A model generated the notes under the pieces. It was not told where the DNA came from. It worked only from the letters and a program-made list of their open reading frames with translations, and did not search any database. DNA of 64,000 nt, taken from positions 54,067,460 to 54,131,459 of the forward strand of contig NC_068981.1 of NCBI RefSeq assembly GCF_001194135.2, written 5' to 3'. Shown here piece after piece: positions 1 to 13,427 of this stretch. How positions within the stretch are numbered: position 1 is the stretch's first letter; each line of letters opens with the position of its first letter. The position numbers and the translations under genes are program-made. The DNA is from Octopus bimaculoides. Taxonomy: Eukaryota.

Positions 1-52
<52 letters not shown>
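1..52. repeat. (GT)n microsatellite
   Basis: Perfect GT dinucleotide run from the window start. It produces the CV/HT ORFs. Confidence 0.99.
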
Positions 53-55
<3 letters not shown>

Positions 56-662
56 CATGTGAGTGTGTGTCAGAGAAATGAAAAGAGGGAGAGAAAGAGA
101 AAACAGCCATTCTTCTTTGGACACTTTGATCGTAAACAGACCAACTTTTCATTATATTGCAAAGAATCTTCTGTATTAGCAATTTTTTCTCATTTGCCTT
201 ACATTGCATTTAATTTATGTATTAAAACTAGAAAGATATAAAGATATATATAATGATTTTGCGTTTATGCATGTATGTATGTATGTATGTATTCACTTAT
301 GCACGTATGTATATACAAAAATAATGTTTAACTCCTGTGACCTGGAATGTTCAAAACCGACACAACTGGAACAGTCTGACTTATATAGACATCGAAATTG
401 TTGAAAGCAATAGAAAAAAGAATTCTGCTGCTAAGAAGTGTTCAGTCCGCAAAGTAAGCAGGAACATTACACCAAGCGACGCACCATCCCAAACGTACCT
501 TATACGTGGGAGAGAATCTCTGGTCCGTATAGGCCTCATCAACGACATACAGATCCACCATAGATTCTCGGTCATTTTTATCAACGATGAACAAACATCG
601 TCATAATGTACATACACATACATATACATGCAAGAATACATACATGACGGAAGTACACCTTA

Positions 663-1160
663 GTCATTGCTAGAACCGACTTCTCAAAACTGGGCTTTCT
701 CTTTCAGAACCAGAAAATATTTCAGACCCCAATAGTTACTGACACTGTTTAAGGCTCAAGTGATGCATGCTTGCAATGAAGGATTGTTCCCACGTCTGGA
801 ATGGTGCTGCTACTTATGCATATGAGACAACATTCTGGACCGCATATATATTGATGCCAAATCACCCGGTTGAATTGCATCAACAGATACGCTCCAGCCG
901 TTGGTTCACAACCGTATTATCTCTTCTCGATCGTTTCTATCGCTGCCATAATAGCAAAGCTGGCTAGTCACGTATCTGTGCTTCTCCGAAACCTCAGCTC
1001 ATTCGTCTCTCCATCGTTAGGCATTTTCGTTGCGTTCAAACCCTTCGTCTTACACTTAGTCCTTCCTCCCAAGAACATCGATCTTCTGTTATATTCTCTC
1101 CACTCATATCTTTCTTTTCTGCAAGTGTTCTCAGATGATCTACATAAGAAAGTCATAGGC
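663..1160 (+). mobile_element. Degenerate CR1-group (Zenon/Crack-like) LINE, RT C-terminal region
   Basis: Frameshift-joined translation: IARTDFSKLGFL/FRTRKYFRPQ*LLTLFKAQV/..CSHVWNGAA..TDTLQPLVHNRIISS/FYRCHNSK. This matches the CR1-group pattern KLGFLFR.RKYF.P.QLL.LYKAQ.RP.LEYCSH.W.GA...LQPL.HRR...FYRY, recalled from family knowledge. Confidence 0.7.
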
Positions 1161-1607
1161 ACAGCTCCTTCCGTCAGACTTAGCTGGAAAAGCATAGACA
1201 CACATATCCACACACATTCGATAGGCTTCTTTACAGCCGCACAGTTTCCCTCTAGCAAATTCACTCATAAGGAATTAGTTGGCTCGGGCTATAGTGCAAA
1301 GTTGCTCAAAGGCCGAACGCAAGAGCACGAGTTTAGAAAGGAAAGTTTTAATCACGTACCTATACTCATACACGCGCGCGCTCACACACATTTGTGTTTC
1401 TTTTGTTTCATGACTGTTGCCCAACCGTCTCTCCCTCGTTTCACTTTCTTTCATTATATGTGTGTGTATGTATGTATGTGAGTGTGTGTGCGTGGGAGCA
1501 TATGTGTGTAGTTATGTATGCATATATGAATGTATATGCACACATTTATAGATATAGTCTCATTTCCTCTCTCACATCGCTCTCTCTCCTTTATACATAC
1601 ATATATA

Positions 1608-1615
<8 letters not shown>

Positions 1616-1675
<60 letters not shown>
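1616..1675. repeat. (TA)n microsatellite
   Basis: Perfect TA run. Confidence 0.98.
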
Positions 1676-1677
<2 letters not shown>

Positions 1678-2397
1678 TATATGTATATATATATAGGCAT
1701 ATATATATTCACATATATATATATTATGTACAAACAATTATATGCACCTATACACATACATACATATATATATATACATACGCATATGGTATGTATGTCT
1801 TGAAATGTGTGTGTGTGCGTGCGTATTTTTATCAAAGCCATCAAGTCGTGTGTTAATGTAGAAGAGTGATGCAGGCATACTACCACTTTCTAACAAATAC
1901 TATGCCTACAGATAAACTCGTTCGCATACTCAAATATAACCTTCCACATAAAGACACACGCAGAGAGTCTGAATAGCCGACAGAAAGACTGCAGAACTAT
2001 TTAATCTGTCAAAGTGCTTTGACTTCAGTCTTACGATTGATTTTGTGTAAGAGCTGTATATGTATACGCTTGCATTTCTACGATTGTGAATACGTCTGTC
2101 ACTAAATGTATGTATGTGTGTATGGTTGACTGTAAGACTGTGAACATGTGCGTATGTGTGTATGCATCTGTATGTTTGTGCATACAGTTTTAGAGAGTGG
2201 TTATATGGAGGAGAATAATGTTGTGTGCGTGAGAGAGAGAGAGGGTGCATATATCTTGTGCTGGCGGGGAAGCATAGTTTAGTGAATATGCTATTTACCA
2301 GAGCTCTTCGTTGTTACTTTCGTTGTCGAAATTCATTCATTATTGAAATCTTTGTTTACAGAAGCACTTAGCATGAGTACATCAATGTACAGACGGT

Positions 2398-2430
<33 letters not shown>

Positions 2431-2824
2431 GTATCTTCATTGACTCGCGTATTTATCACCGAGGACAGTTTCTAAATACGTTTGTTTACAAGAAAACTTC
2501 GGTTGTTCAAATATACTTAGACACACACACACATACAGACTTGAGTGTCCTACCAATCGACTGAAAGATAGGTTGTTTTGTCGGCATTGTCAGTATGCAC
2601 CAATATATGCGTATTAATTGTATGCTTGCATTTACACACACATATACACACCCACATGCGCGCACACACACATACATACATATACACTTACACAGATACA
2701 CATATATATATATATATCGAGTGTCTTTATGTTTGTGTAGATGTATGAATGTACGTGTGTGCCAAATAATAGCGTCACCTGTACTAAGATCCGTCGAGAA
2801 AAATAGATAAAGAGATAAATAGAT

Positions 2825-2976
<152 letters not shown>

Positions 2977-3534
2977 AATAGACAACTATTTCTGTGTTTG
3001 CTTAATTGTAGCAATTCGAGAGTAATTTTGAATATAGAAGTTCACCTACACGTACTCACACACATAAAGTTCTCAACGCAAAGCTAAGAATGTGTTTATA
3101 ACGAAACAAACTTTCGAATGATGGTTTGATAAGTTTGTTAGATCTCTAGTTTATTGTTCAAATAGATGTTTAAGACTGTATTGCATATTTAGGAAAGGCA
3201 TTTCGCTGTTCTGTCAAATCGATGGCTGACAAATTATTGTACTTTATATAATTTGAATCTTAATGTTGGGATCAAAATATGGATTCTATTATTGATCATC
3301 AAATGACAACTTGCACACCATGGTTTATATTGATATCTCTGTCTGTCTCTGTCTGTCTGTTTCTCTCCCCCTCCACTGTTTCTCCATTTCTCTTTGCTTT
3401 TCTTGCTAAATGTTTCTCTATACTTGCAATGTTCTTATTTTTTATTTAATGTACAGATGTGTGCTCTATGCACTTGTTCATATCTGTGTTTCTGTCTCTG
3501 TGTCTCTTTTTCTCTCTTTCTCTGTATGTGTGAG

Positions 3535-3568
<34 letters not shown>

Positions 3569-4630
3569 CATATATGTATATATAATCTATATTAATAAAA
3601 AGTGAAATTCTCTCCATCTGTCTGAGACCTCCTGTATCTCAGTTTACATTTGTTCTACATAGACATATCATACCTTTTTGGAATCGAGATGATCCTGGAA
3701 TTGAAAATCTGCCCTTCATTTGGTTCTTGAACATTTAGCATTGGGATCTGATTTAAAAGCATTTGGGTTGCTATTTCTAGCAGGTAAAGCTTGGCTGATT
3801 CACGCCGTCTTGCTTGTCGTTTGTCAGATGAGGTCAGAGATCAGCGGGGGAGATAAATGACATTCACTTCGTTAATTTTACGTCGAGATAAGAACTTTGG
3901 GACAAGTTGGCCTACAATTGAAATTCAACTTGGGACTTGAACAATAGAATGACTGCATTACAGAATTAATTATCATTCATCCTTAACCTCTGATCAAACA
4001 CCACCGGGGCATATAGTCATTACAGACGTATTATAGTTATGCTATCTAGCTCTCTTTAGTTTCGGGTCGCAGGCCCAATTATCACTCTGCAGGGGCCTGT
4101 ATAAAAGTTCGTACAGAGTGCGGCTTTTTATCTAGTATGCATATATAAAATGAAAAGGCAAACTGTTTAGCATCATTTGAAAAAGATATCAAATTTAGAG
4201 AGAGGATGCAGGTATACAGACTCTCTTACAGCTGTTTCTAAAATAGTCAGGCGTGTAGATCATCATACTGAGATCTAAGAGCAATAAAGCAACTACTGAT
4301 TTCCACTAACATCTTTGGCATCACAACAGCTTAGGTATCACACCTGATTAAATTGGTATATCCACAGCATCTTTACATCTTTTCCTTCCCTTATTTCTTT
4401 CCCTTATTCCATAGTTAACGCCTCCTACCTAGATCATAACTAATGAAGGAACCTTTTAACATTTGACATAACTGGTGCGAGAATGATAGACCGCTAATAT
4501 AAATGTGCATTAAAATAGCTTTTAAGACGGTTGACACCTTTCAATTGCCTCACGTACGCACGTACACACGCACGCACACACACGCGCGCGCACACGCACG
4601 CACACAAAAGCGCACGCGCATTTATTTATA

Positions 4631-5820
4631 TGAGGTCATCCTATAAGTTCTGTCCGAGTTTACCTTTTTTAAATTTAGATGAAATTTAATAGTATTTTAG
4701 AATGTCTAATGGAATTAAAAATGATTTTTATGCATTTGTGTACACTTAAACTAATTGAATATTATTTTACAGAATAATAGAATTAAAATTTCTTTGTTTA
4801 AAACCCTTTCTAACATGAAAGTATCCAAAGAGCATTTGAGGCGCATAATGCTTTATGAGTACAAAAAAAAAGAAACTCTGCAGCCGAAGCGATTCGAAAC
4901 ATACACTCAGTTTATGGGAAAGAATGTTTGAATGAAAGAACTTGCAGAAGATGGTTTGCAAAATTCAGAAGTGGAGATTTTAGCCTTGAAGATGAAGATC
5001 GAACAGGACGTCCAGTTGAGTTGATGATAAGCTCCTTGAGGCATTACTTGAAGAAAATCCTGCATTATCAGTTGAAGAATTGGCAATAAAGCTTAGTTCA
5101 AACCATACAACTGTTGTCGTCATCTTCAACAAGTTGGAAAGGTTCCTAAACTTGGAAAATGGGTGCCTCATGAATTGTCCGAAAGCAACTGCAAATCCCG
5201 AGTTGGCATCTGCTCTTCTCTCCATTNNNNNNNNNNNNNNNNNNNNNNNNNNNNNNNNNNNNNNNNNNNNNNNNNNNNNNNNNNNNNNNNNNNNNNNNNN
5301 NNNNNNNNNNNNNNNNNNNNNNNNNNNNNNNNNNNNNNNNNNNNNNNNNNNNNNNNNNNNNNNNNNNNNNNNNNNNNNNNNNNNNNNNNNNNNNNNNNNN
5401 NNNNNNNNNNNNNNNNNNNNNNNNNNNNNNNNNNNNNNNNNNNNNNNNNNNNNNNNNNNNNCCCACACTGCAACGATCACATCACAGAAGATCGAAGAGC
5501 TTGGTTGGGAAAAAATTCCTCACCCACCTTATTGTCCCGGTCTTGCTCCTTCAGACTACCATTTGTTTCGTAGTTTACAGAATCATTTGGGGGACATAAC
5601 TTTCACAAGCCAGGAGGAGGCCGAAACTGACATTTCAGAGTTCTTCGCTTTGAAACCAAAAGAGTTTTACATTGATGGGATTAAAAAGCTTGTAAATAGA
5701 TGGAAGAAAGTCATAGATAATTAGGGAAAGTACATTGATGATTAAATTTCAATTAAATATAACATTTGATCACTTGTTTTCTTTATTCAAAATTCGGACA
5801 GAACTTATGGGCTGACCTGA
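4631..5820 (+). mobile_element. Mariner (DD34D-type) DNA transposon, both ends present
   Basis: 31-bp TIRs: left TGAGGTCATCCTATAAGTTCTGTCCGAGTTT, right (reverse complement) TCAGGTCAGCCCATAAGTTCTGTCCGAATTT, 27/31 identical. TA lies at 4629-4630 and 5821-5822. The interior contains an N gap (5227-5461). Confidence 0.95.
4815..5724 (+). pseudogene. Mariner transposase pseudogene
   Basis: MKVSKEHLRRIMLYEY..NSAAEAIRNIHSVYG..WFAKFRSGDFSLEDEDRTGRP..KWVPHELSES..[gap]..HPPYCPGLAPSDYHLFRSLQNHL..RWKKVIDN*. At least three frameshifts occur before the gap. Confidence 0.93.
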
Positions 5821-6086
5821 TACATACGCACATACGCATATATATTCCATCAAAATGAAATTCTAGTTTTATTAATTACGTCTAAAAGGAAGGCCTGAAG
5901 GAGATTTTATTACTAGGAGGAGTGGAGTACTAGGGAATCCAAAGAGCAATGCATACGCATACACACTCACACGAATCTCTCCGTTTCTGTCTCTCTCTCA
6001 TCGCTCACTCCCTCTCTCTGCTTCAATTTCTCACATTCTGTGTGTTTGCATGTGTGTGCGTGTATGTGTGTGTGTATATTTATATT

Positions 6087-6124
<38 letters not shown>

Positions 6125-6134
6125 NNNNNNNNNN

Positions 6135-6165
<31 letters not shown>

Positions 6166-8458
6166 TTCATTTATATTTATATATACAAATATACATAATT
6201 CAATCAATGGCTTCACATATTTGTATATTAGCTTGGTATATTTAGTTTAGGCCACATTTATTGAAGACCGTGAAAGACTCATAATGTTTTGACGAAAGTA
6301 AGCTGATAGCAGTCTCTCTTTTTTCTTCCGCCTCAGCCCAGACAAATATCAATATCTCCGATAGACAATATTAGTGATGTTTATGGACGATGTATATATC
6401 TGTTATGTGATATTACCTTATCTCTTAATGTCAAATTTGAGACATAAAATCGATAATTCCTTTAAAAATATAGTGGAAGAAAAAAGATAAGTATATATAT
6501 TTTTTTCAAAATTCCCAAAGCAAAAGTCTGTTTTGCAGAATCTAAAACCAATATTCCGCTTCACGTATCAAATATATTTTATTTTAATAAAATCGACCTT
6601 CCATATGAGGAAACGCGAGTTTCTCTTATCAACAAATACGCTGTCAAATTTCTACATTTTCATAATAAAAGTTTGGATTCAATAACAGAAAATTATATTA
6701 TCTTTGAATGAAAGTGAATCATTATAAATATGCACATAATGTAAATGACTTCAGTGCTATCACGTGCTCTTCTGAGGTGTGGGCTGCGTCTTACATAAAG
6801 GTAGTTGCTATCAAGTGATCATTTATGGCTCATTTATGTTGTCATCATCATAGGTCATAGATTTATAAGAATATAAAGTGTTTTGAAAGTGCCATGGAGA
6901 ATATTCCAAAATTCAACGAATAAACCACATTTGTATTACATCACAAATAAACCAATAATCTTTTATATATATATATATATATNNNNNNNNNNNNNNNNNN
7001 NNNNNNNNNNNNNNNNNNNNNNNNNNNNNNNNNNNNNNNNNNNNNNNNNNNNNNNNNNNNNNNNNNNNNNNNNNNNNNNNNNNNNNNNNNNNNNNNNNNN
7101 NNNNNNNNNNNNNNNNNNNNNNNNNNNNNNNNNNNNNNNNNNNNNNNNNNNNNNNNNNNNNNNNNNNNNNNNNNNNNNNNNNNNNNNNNNNNNNNNNNNN
7201 NNNNNNNNNNNNNNNNNNNNNNNNNNNNNNNNNNNNNNNNNNNNNNNNNNNNNNNNNNNNNNNNNNNNNNNNNNNNNNNNNNNNNNNNNNNNNNNNNNNN
7301 NNNNNNNNNNNNNNNNNNNNNNNNNNNNNNNNNNNNNNNNNNNNNNNNNNNNNNNNNNNNNNNNNNNNNNNNNNNNNNNNNNNNNNNNNNNNNNNNNNNN
7401 NNNNNNNNNNNNNNNNNNNNNNNNNNNNNNNNNNNNNNNNNNNNNNNNNNNNNNNNNNNNNNNNNNNNNNNNNNNNNNNNNNNNNNNNNNNNNNNNNNNN
7501 NNNNNNNNNNNNNNNNNNNNNNNNNNNNNNNNNNNNNNNNNNNNNNNNNNNNNNNNNNNNNNNNNNNNNNNNNNNNNNNNNNNNNNNNNNNNNNNNNNNN
7601 NNNNNNNNNNNNNNNNNNNNNNNNNNNNNNNNNNNNNNNNNNNNNNNNNNNNNNNNNNNNNNNNNNNNNNNNNNNNNNNNNNNNNNNNNNNNNNNNNNNN
7701 NNNNNNNNNNNNNNNNNNNNATATATATATATATATATATATATAGTGTTCGCTTTTAAACTTAATTATTTGAAGGACTCATGTAAGGAAAGATCTGGCT
7801 TTTAACAAAGATACAATGGTCCATCGTTTATATGTAGGTAACGAAAGTAAAATCTCATATTTTGAACTTGAGAAAAACCTTGCGTATTTTCAATGTTCCG
7901 CTCACAGATTGTATTCGTGATGTGCATGTAAGCCGGTTGATTTCTCTTTCTGAAAACCTAGGTATTTAGTAACAAAACCAAGTGCTCCGATTATTATTGG
8001 TATAAATGCTAATATATAAACTGGGTCTAGAAACTGAAGGTTTTGAAGCGGTTGTCAGCAGTTATTCTCGTTTTCTTTCATTTTCGAAGAACTGTCCACA
8101 TTAGTTCGGCAGCTGACTTCTCTGACGGGACACAATTTTATTGCTTGGCCCAAACAACGATGTCCAGCCTATTATGTTTGCACCTGGTAGAAATCTCATA
8201 GAAGTGTTCCACCGATATCTCTTACGTTGACGTTTATGTATATATTCAATAACAGTGTGATATATGCATGTATGTTCACATTACTCAAACAAACATATTT
8301 ATTGATATATTTTCATTTTTTAGTCAGGAAGAAAAGACAGTACCCACGCCCCTTTTAAAGGTCTCCGAAACTAGTGGAGGAGGGAGGAAGGTGGTTGTAC
8401 TCAAACCGGAATGCTTGCAATTGACTAGGCTCTACTAAAGGCAAGGTGCTAGTTATGG

Positions 8459-8496
<38 letters not shown>

Positions 8497-8497
8497 C

Positions 8498-8536
<39 letters not shown>

Positions 8537-8537
8537 C
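8459..8537. repeat. (TATC)n tetranucleotide microsatellite
   Basis: Directly visible. Confidence 0.97.
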
Positions 8538-9990
8538 GTGCGTGTGTGTGTGTGCACGTGTGTGTGTGGGTCTGTGTCTGTGTATTGAAATTGTTCCTAC
8601 TTTTTATCCTTTGGATTCTAAGAACATGAATATTTAGTCTCGTTCGACCTCTTTCTATAACAGATTTTTTTGAGGATTTTATTTTTATAAGAAGAATTAC
8701 ATTAAGGTTTATTACGGAAATGGTAAATATTCCGAATGAATTACTGAATTAGGTTTATGAATTAAATCAGAATTTATTCTGATGCTTCCAGAGCGCTTGA
8801 CAAGCAGTTTGATGGTGCCGTTGGAGACATACAATAAAGAGCAAGTCGCTTAATAGATATGTACATTTCCCTCTGTGAACAAAATACGTTGTAGCGTGTA
8901 AAGATTTACAATTAAATACAATTTAAGGGCAAGTTACTCTAAATAAACAATGATTTTAGATTATAAACATTTGAAGACAAGCTGCAAGTCTTCAGTTTAT
9001 TAAATGAGAAATTATGCTATTTAAAACAGAACTGCATAAAAAAATCTCTGTGAACACTTAGTGACTGATATCTAGGTCTGTTGTGTTTTGTTGTAGTTTC
9101 TCATAGTGAAGAATGACTCACTGATAATATCTTGAAATTTCTAGAATAGAATTTGTGATGAGGAAGAGAGTTTTTAAACATAATATGTTGTGTATAAAGG
9201 ATTTTTTAAAAAAGGAATACTGCATCAGCATCACAGTAACGCATAGACTACCAAATACATACAAGCCAATCACAAAAATCTTCTCACAGATATTTTGGAA
9301 ACTGTACAAATGGAAATGTGATAGAAATCTGATTCTTGAGGATTCTACAAGAAGTTAAGAAGATCTTTATTGCTTCAGAAAATAATATTTTATGACAAAA
9401 GTTTGTGATCTTGCCTATTTAAAGTTTTCTAAACTGCGTAATCGGGAATAACATTAAGTTCATTGCAATGAATCATATAAGGTATTATAAAGTGTGCGTT
9501 AAACCACGAATGCAACTCGGTTTTGATTTTGGATTTGCTCTATTAGATTCATTACAGTAGTGTTGTTCAGCGAGTGTGTCATTACATATAAGAGGTGCTC
9601 GTGCCCCTAACACTGGATAAACAAACTGCAAGGTTTACAGATTTATTATAGTTTTTAGAACAAAAGCAGAATGATAAAAAAAACAACTGTTTTTATAGTG
9701 CTCAAAATTTAGTGCATATTCCACAGTGGTCGATTGTGCTCATATTCGTGATTGACTAAATACCAGTAACGTATTGATTCGATTATACTACTCTACTCTG
9801 ATACATAAATTTGTCCACAGCCTTGTTAAAAGAAATTCCTGTAATAATTAAATTTAGTAATTATGACGATGGTGATATTGAAGGTGTTGGCGTTAAAATG
9901 GTTGCAACGTGTGAGACATTATGAAAACACAGTAGCTGTCACAAGTATATAACAGGGAGTATTGCTATTAAACAGAAACTTTATGACACA

Positions 9991-10150
9991 GGCGCGTGCG
10001 TGGCTGTGTGGTAAGAATCTTGCCTCCCAACCACATGGTTCAAGGTTCAGTCCCACTACGTGATACCTTAGGCAAGTGTCTTCTAGTATAGCCTTGGGCC
10101 TACCAAAGCCTTGTGCATGGACTTGGTAGACGGAAACTGAATGAAGCTCG

Positions 10151-10231
<81 letters not shown>

Positions 10232-10434
10232 TGTGTTTGTCCACCCACCATCGCTTGACAACCGATGCTGGTGTGTTCATGTCCACGTAACTTAGCGGTT
10301 CGGCAAACGAGACCGATAGAATAGGCACTAGGCTTACAAAGAATAAATCCTGGAGTCGATTTGTTAGACTAAAGGCGGTGATCCAGCATGGCCACAGTCA
10401 AATGACTGAAACAAGTAAAAGAATAAAAGAATAA
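9991..10434 (+). mobile_element. tRNA-derived SINE family B, full length, with internal (TA)n(TG)n
   Basis: A-box-like TGGCTGTGTGG and B-box-like GGTTCAGTCCC; central GCCTTGTG..GG..TTGGTAGACGGAAACTGAA.GAAGC..GTC block; (AAAGAATA)n tail. Homologous to 21910-22147, 25447-25543 and 51664-52030. Confidence 0.9.
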
Positions 10435-10714
10435 ATGACTTCAAAACATGTAATAAAATATCGCGTATGCGTGTTTACGCGCCCCGTACATTAAGTTTTC
10501 TTGCGGTCGTTCAACTTTTGTCATCCTTCTATTATATCGTGACAACTGAGGACAATATCAGCAAATATACTACCGTTAAGATTTCTTAAATGTTAAACTT
10601 TGTCATTTGTGCAAAATTTAACACGCCCAAGTACAGGAATTACAAGGACAACAAGTAAAATAATGAAGAAGAAGAAGAAGAAGAAGAAGAAAAGCAACAA
10701 CAATAACAGTTATT

Positions 10715-11110
10715 TCTAATATAGACTCAGAACCAAAAATTTGAGGGAGGTGTTTATCGAGTAAGCAAACTCCAATACTTGTCTGATAGGTATATTTTAT
10801 TAACCCCTGGAAGGGCGGAAGGCAAAATTAACTGTGGGGAGATTTAAAATGTTATGGTAAAGTGTTGGAACAAATACAAGATATTTTGTTCGACATTTCT
10901 GCCAATCGACCGCCTTTTATAACAACAACGATACCAATGATAATACTCGTTATGATCTAGGTTCAAAGCCAGTAATTTTCGGGGAAGGAGTTTAGTCGTT
11001 AACAAAGGCCTCGGTATTTCACTGGTGCTTTACTTTATCCATCCCAAAAGGGTAAAAGGAAATTCTGATTTCGGTCCAATTGAACTCTGACCGTAAAGAC
11101 TCGGAAGAAA
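10715..11110 (-). mobile_element. Two old tandem copies of SINE family A
   Basis: Degenerate reverse-complement matches to the family A core (CTTTCATCCTTTCGGGGTCGATAAA.TAAGTACCAG) at about 10715-10915 and 10955-11110. Confidence 0.5.
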
Positions 11111-11641
11111 TACCACAATGATAGCAGCAACATCAAAGGTAACAGAGGAAGCAAGGCGAAAATACACTCATTTCCTGGTGTTGCAAAAATATTTTATTGG
11201 GACCCATTGGACAAAAAAAAAAAAACATGGTATCTGAAACTATCAGAACACCACATTAACAGACTCGGTAGAAATAACACTCATGATACCGCCGGAGCTC
11301 CGAGAGTAAAAAGGTAGAACAGTGGTGTACAGATGTTTATCGTTGAAGTGGCATGGTCTGGAGTGGTCCCTCCAGAACGAGCTGAACTGTGCTTGAGAAG
11401 CATCAGTTATTGACTTCGTTATATATGCCAGCTAGTATGATTAAGTATAAGTAAATTTTCAGACGGAAACAATGACCCAAAAGCACTCCATCGTCCAACG
11501 TAGAAGTGAGGAATTTACATTGATACCGACTTATCTGGGATGCAGAGTTGATAACATTAAAATTGCAAACATACCACCACAACAAGGCTTCTGATAAGTG
11601 GGAAAATATATTGTGTTAGAAATGTATTGTATTAGAAATCA

Positions 11642-11824
11642 AAAGAAAATTGTGTTGTGATGTATTTGGAGATCCTGATTCAGGTGAAATTTGAGACACT
11701 GGACAGTATTCTTGACCTAATAGAAATCGTTGGACAGCAAGTGGAAATGGTAGTTGAGGATAGAAGGCTTAGATGTCACAACTGTGGCAACACCGGTCCC
11801 CTCAAGACCTATTGCTTTCGCTGA
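11642..11824 (+). mobile_element. L1/Tx1-like ORF1 relic with gag-type zinc knuckle
   Basis: Open frame KENCVVMYLEILIQVKFETLDSILDLIEIVGQQVEMVVEDRRLRCHNCGNTGPLKTYCFR*. C-X2-C-X4-(H>P)-X4-C lies at 11774-11815 (CAC>CCC would be a single change). The preceding I.I.G..V.V..E pattern is typical of L1/Tx1 ORF1. Confidence 0.6.
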
Positions 11825-11844
11825 TAGGGAAGGCCTCCATTACT

Positions 11845-11860
11845 GCCAACACAACATCAG

Positions 11861-11891
<31 letters not shown>

Positions 11892-12320
11892 AACAACAGC
11901 AGTAGTAACATCACCAACAGCTCGCAACCACAACAGTGGCTGCAACACCAAATGCAAAAATGGAAACACATCCAATAACAACAGTAACAAAAACAACAAA
12001 AAGCCACCCTCTCAATACCTACTATATCTCTGACAACAGCGACAGCACAAAGCACCAAAACAACAACAAAAAGTACAACAAATCAAAATAAAAAAAAACA
12101 CACATTAAAACATGTTCCTTGGTCGCAACTACAGCTTGCTGCAGCTGGGGCGGTAGCGATGTCAGTGAATTCATTTTTTCCTGCTGGGCAATAGTGGTGG
12201 TTTTAATACTACTGCATGCTGCTCTCTTTGACATTTTGTCGCTGCTTCTGCAATTATTGTTGCTGTTACAACTGAAGCTGTTGCTACTTTTGCAGGTTAT
12301 TACCACAGCTCTGGTGCGAA
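11845..12320. repeat. Low-complexity (AAC/AGC)-rich block followed by a (TTG/CTG)-rich block
   Basis: Directly visible. It produces the poly-N/T/L/V ORFs. Confidence 0.85.
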
Positions 12321-13427
12321 CGACAGTTTCACTTCAGAACTATCTCCCATTCCCCTCCTTTGCGATCAAAGACGAAAGCGTGAAAACCATTTTGAGAATT
12401 TTACTTTGAATTGAAAATATTAACAAAAAAAAAAAATGCCTCCTGTGGTGAAGAGTCGAGTAATTCCTTTCAGTTCTGGTCGGTTTGACGAAGATAAAAC
12501 AATGAAATTAACAAATGCAACCCTTTGGGAACGAAAAACAAGACACATACTTACGGAGCTTCTAAAATACGTTCAGCTATGACAATGAACAACATCGTCA
12601 TCATCAATAACAGCAACATCAAAAACAATAATCTTTTCATTATTTAGCCATTGATCGCAATTACATAAAATCTCACCCATACATACTAAATATGAAACGT
12701 GGCAAACAGAGTTTCCAATGAAGCATGTAGTCGAAAAACGAGTTATGTAAAAGATAGGGAGGGGAGTAAAAAACGCTGAAAGTCAAGTTTAAAAATTTTA
12801 CCAAAGACATACAAATAATTACATGGAAAAATCAAGAAGAATATAGAAAATCCCAACAATTGAAACAAAATATTAAAACTACGTCAGCCAAGATTGGATC
12901 AGAGCACTTAACATCGCTGTTATGTTCACTCTAGGTATGCAATCCAACTAGGAAAAGAACATCTGCAATCACGAAGGGCTCTGAGCTGTTCGAGTGTAGT
13001 AAAAGTCCACATGCCGCCTGTTATTCAGATGTTACATTTGGAACGCAGTGGAAAATTACTCTGGCAAACAGCCTATCTTTGATATGATCCACTTGGTGTA
13101 GAGCCATTTATTTGTTTATCGGGAAGTTTTTCGTCTGAAATGTTCTTGTATTTCGTTTAGAACTGCTCCGATCATCCTCGGACCTGCAACAGATAGTGCG
13201 AATGACAGCGTCGCTGGGACAGAAGCCTCTGGAACCTGCTATTGCTGCTCCTGTACACCGGTCTTTCTTTTTCTCTGTATTTCGAGGTTCTAATTGCAGA
13301 GAGTACTTACGTGACACATGCTACCACAAGTGTAAATAGCTGGGCTATCTAATCGCATGACATTTCTTATTGCATCGTCGGTTTGGCATATATGTACATA
13401 TATGTACATATATGTACATATATGTAC

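Noticed and set aside
380-605. GC-richer segment reading LYVVDEAYTDQRFSPTYK on the minus strand before an AAG|gtacgt donor
   Set aside because: There is no credible acceptor, the DEAY similarity to helicase or aminotransferase motifs is too short, and the segment may be part of the adjacent CR1 relic.
3674-12574. Phase-compatible chain of small minus-strand exons (12553-12574, 9119-9137, 6417-6459, 3674-3747)
   Set aside because: The joined peptide resembles nothing I recognise. The 3674-3747 piece overlaps a decayed family D repeat, and similar chance exons can be built on the plus strand.
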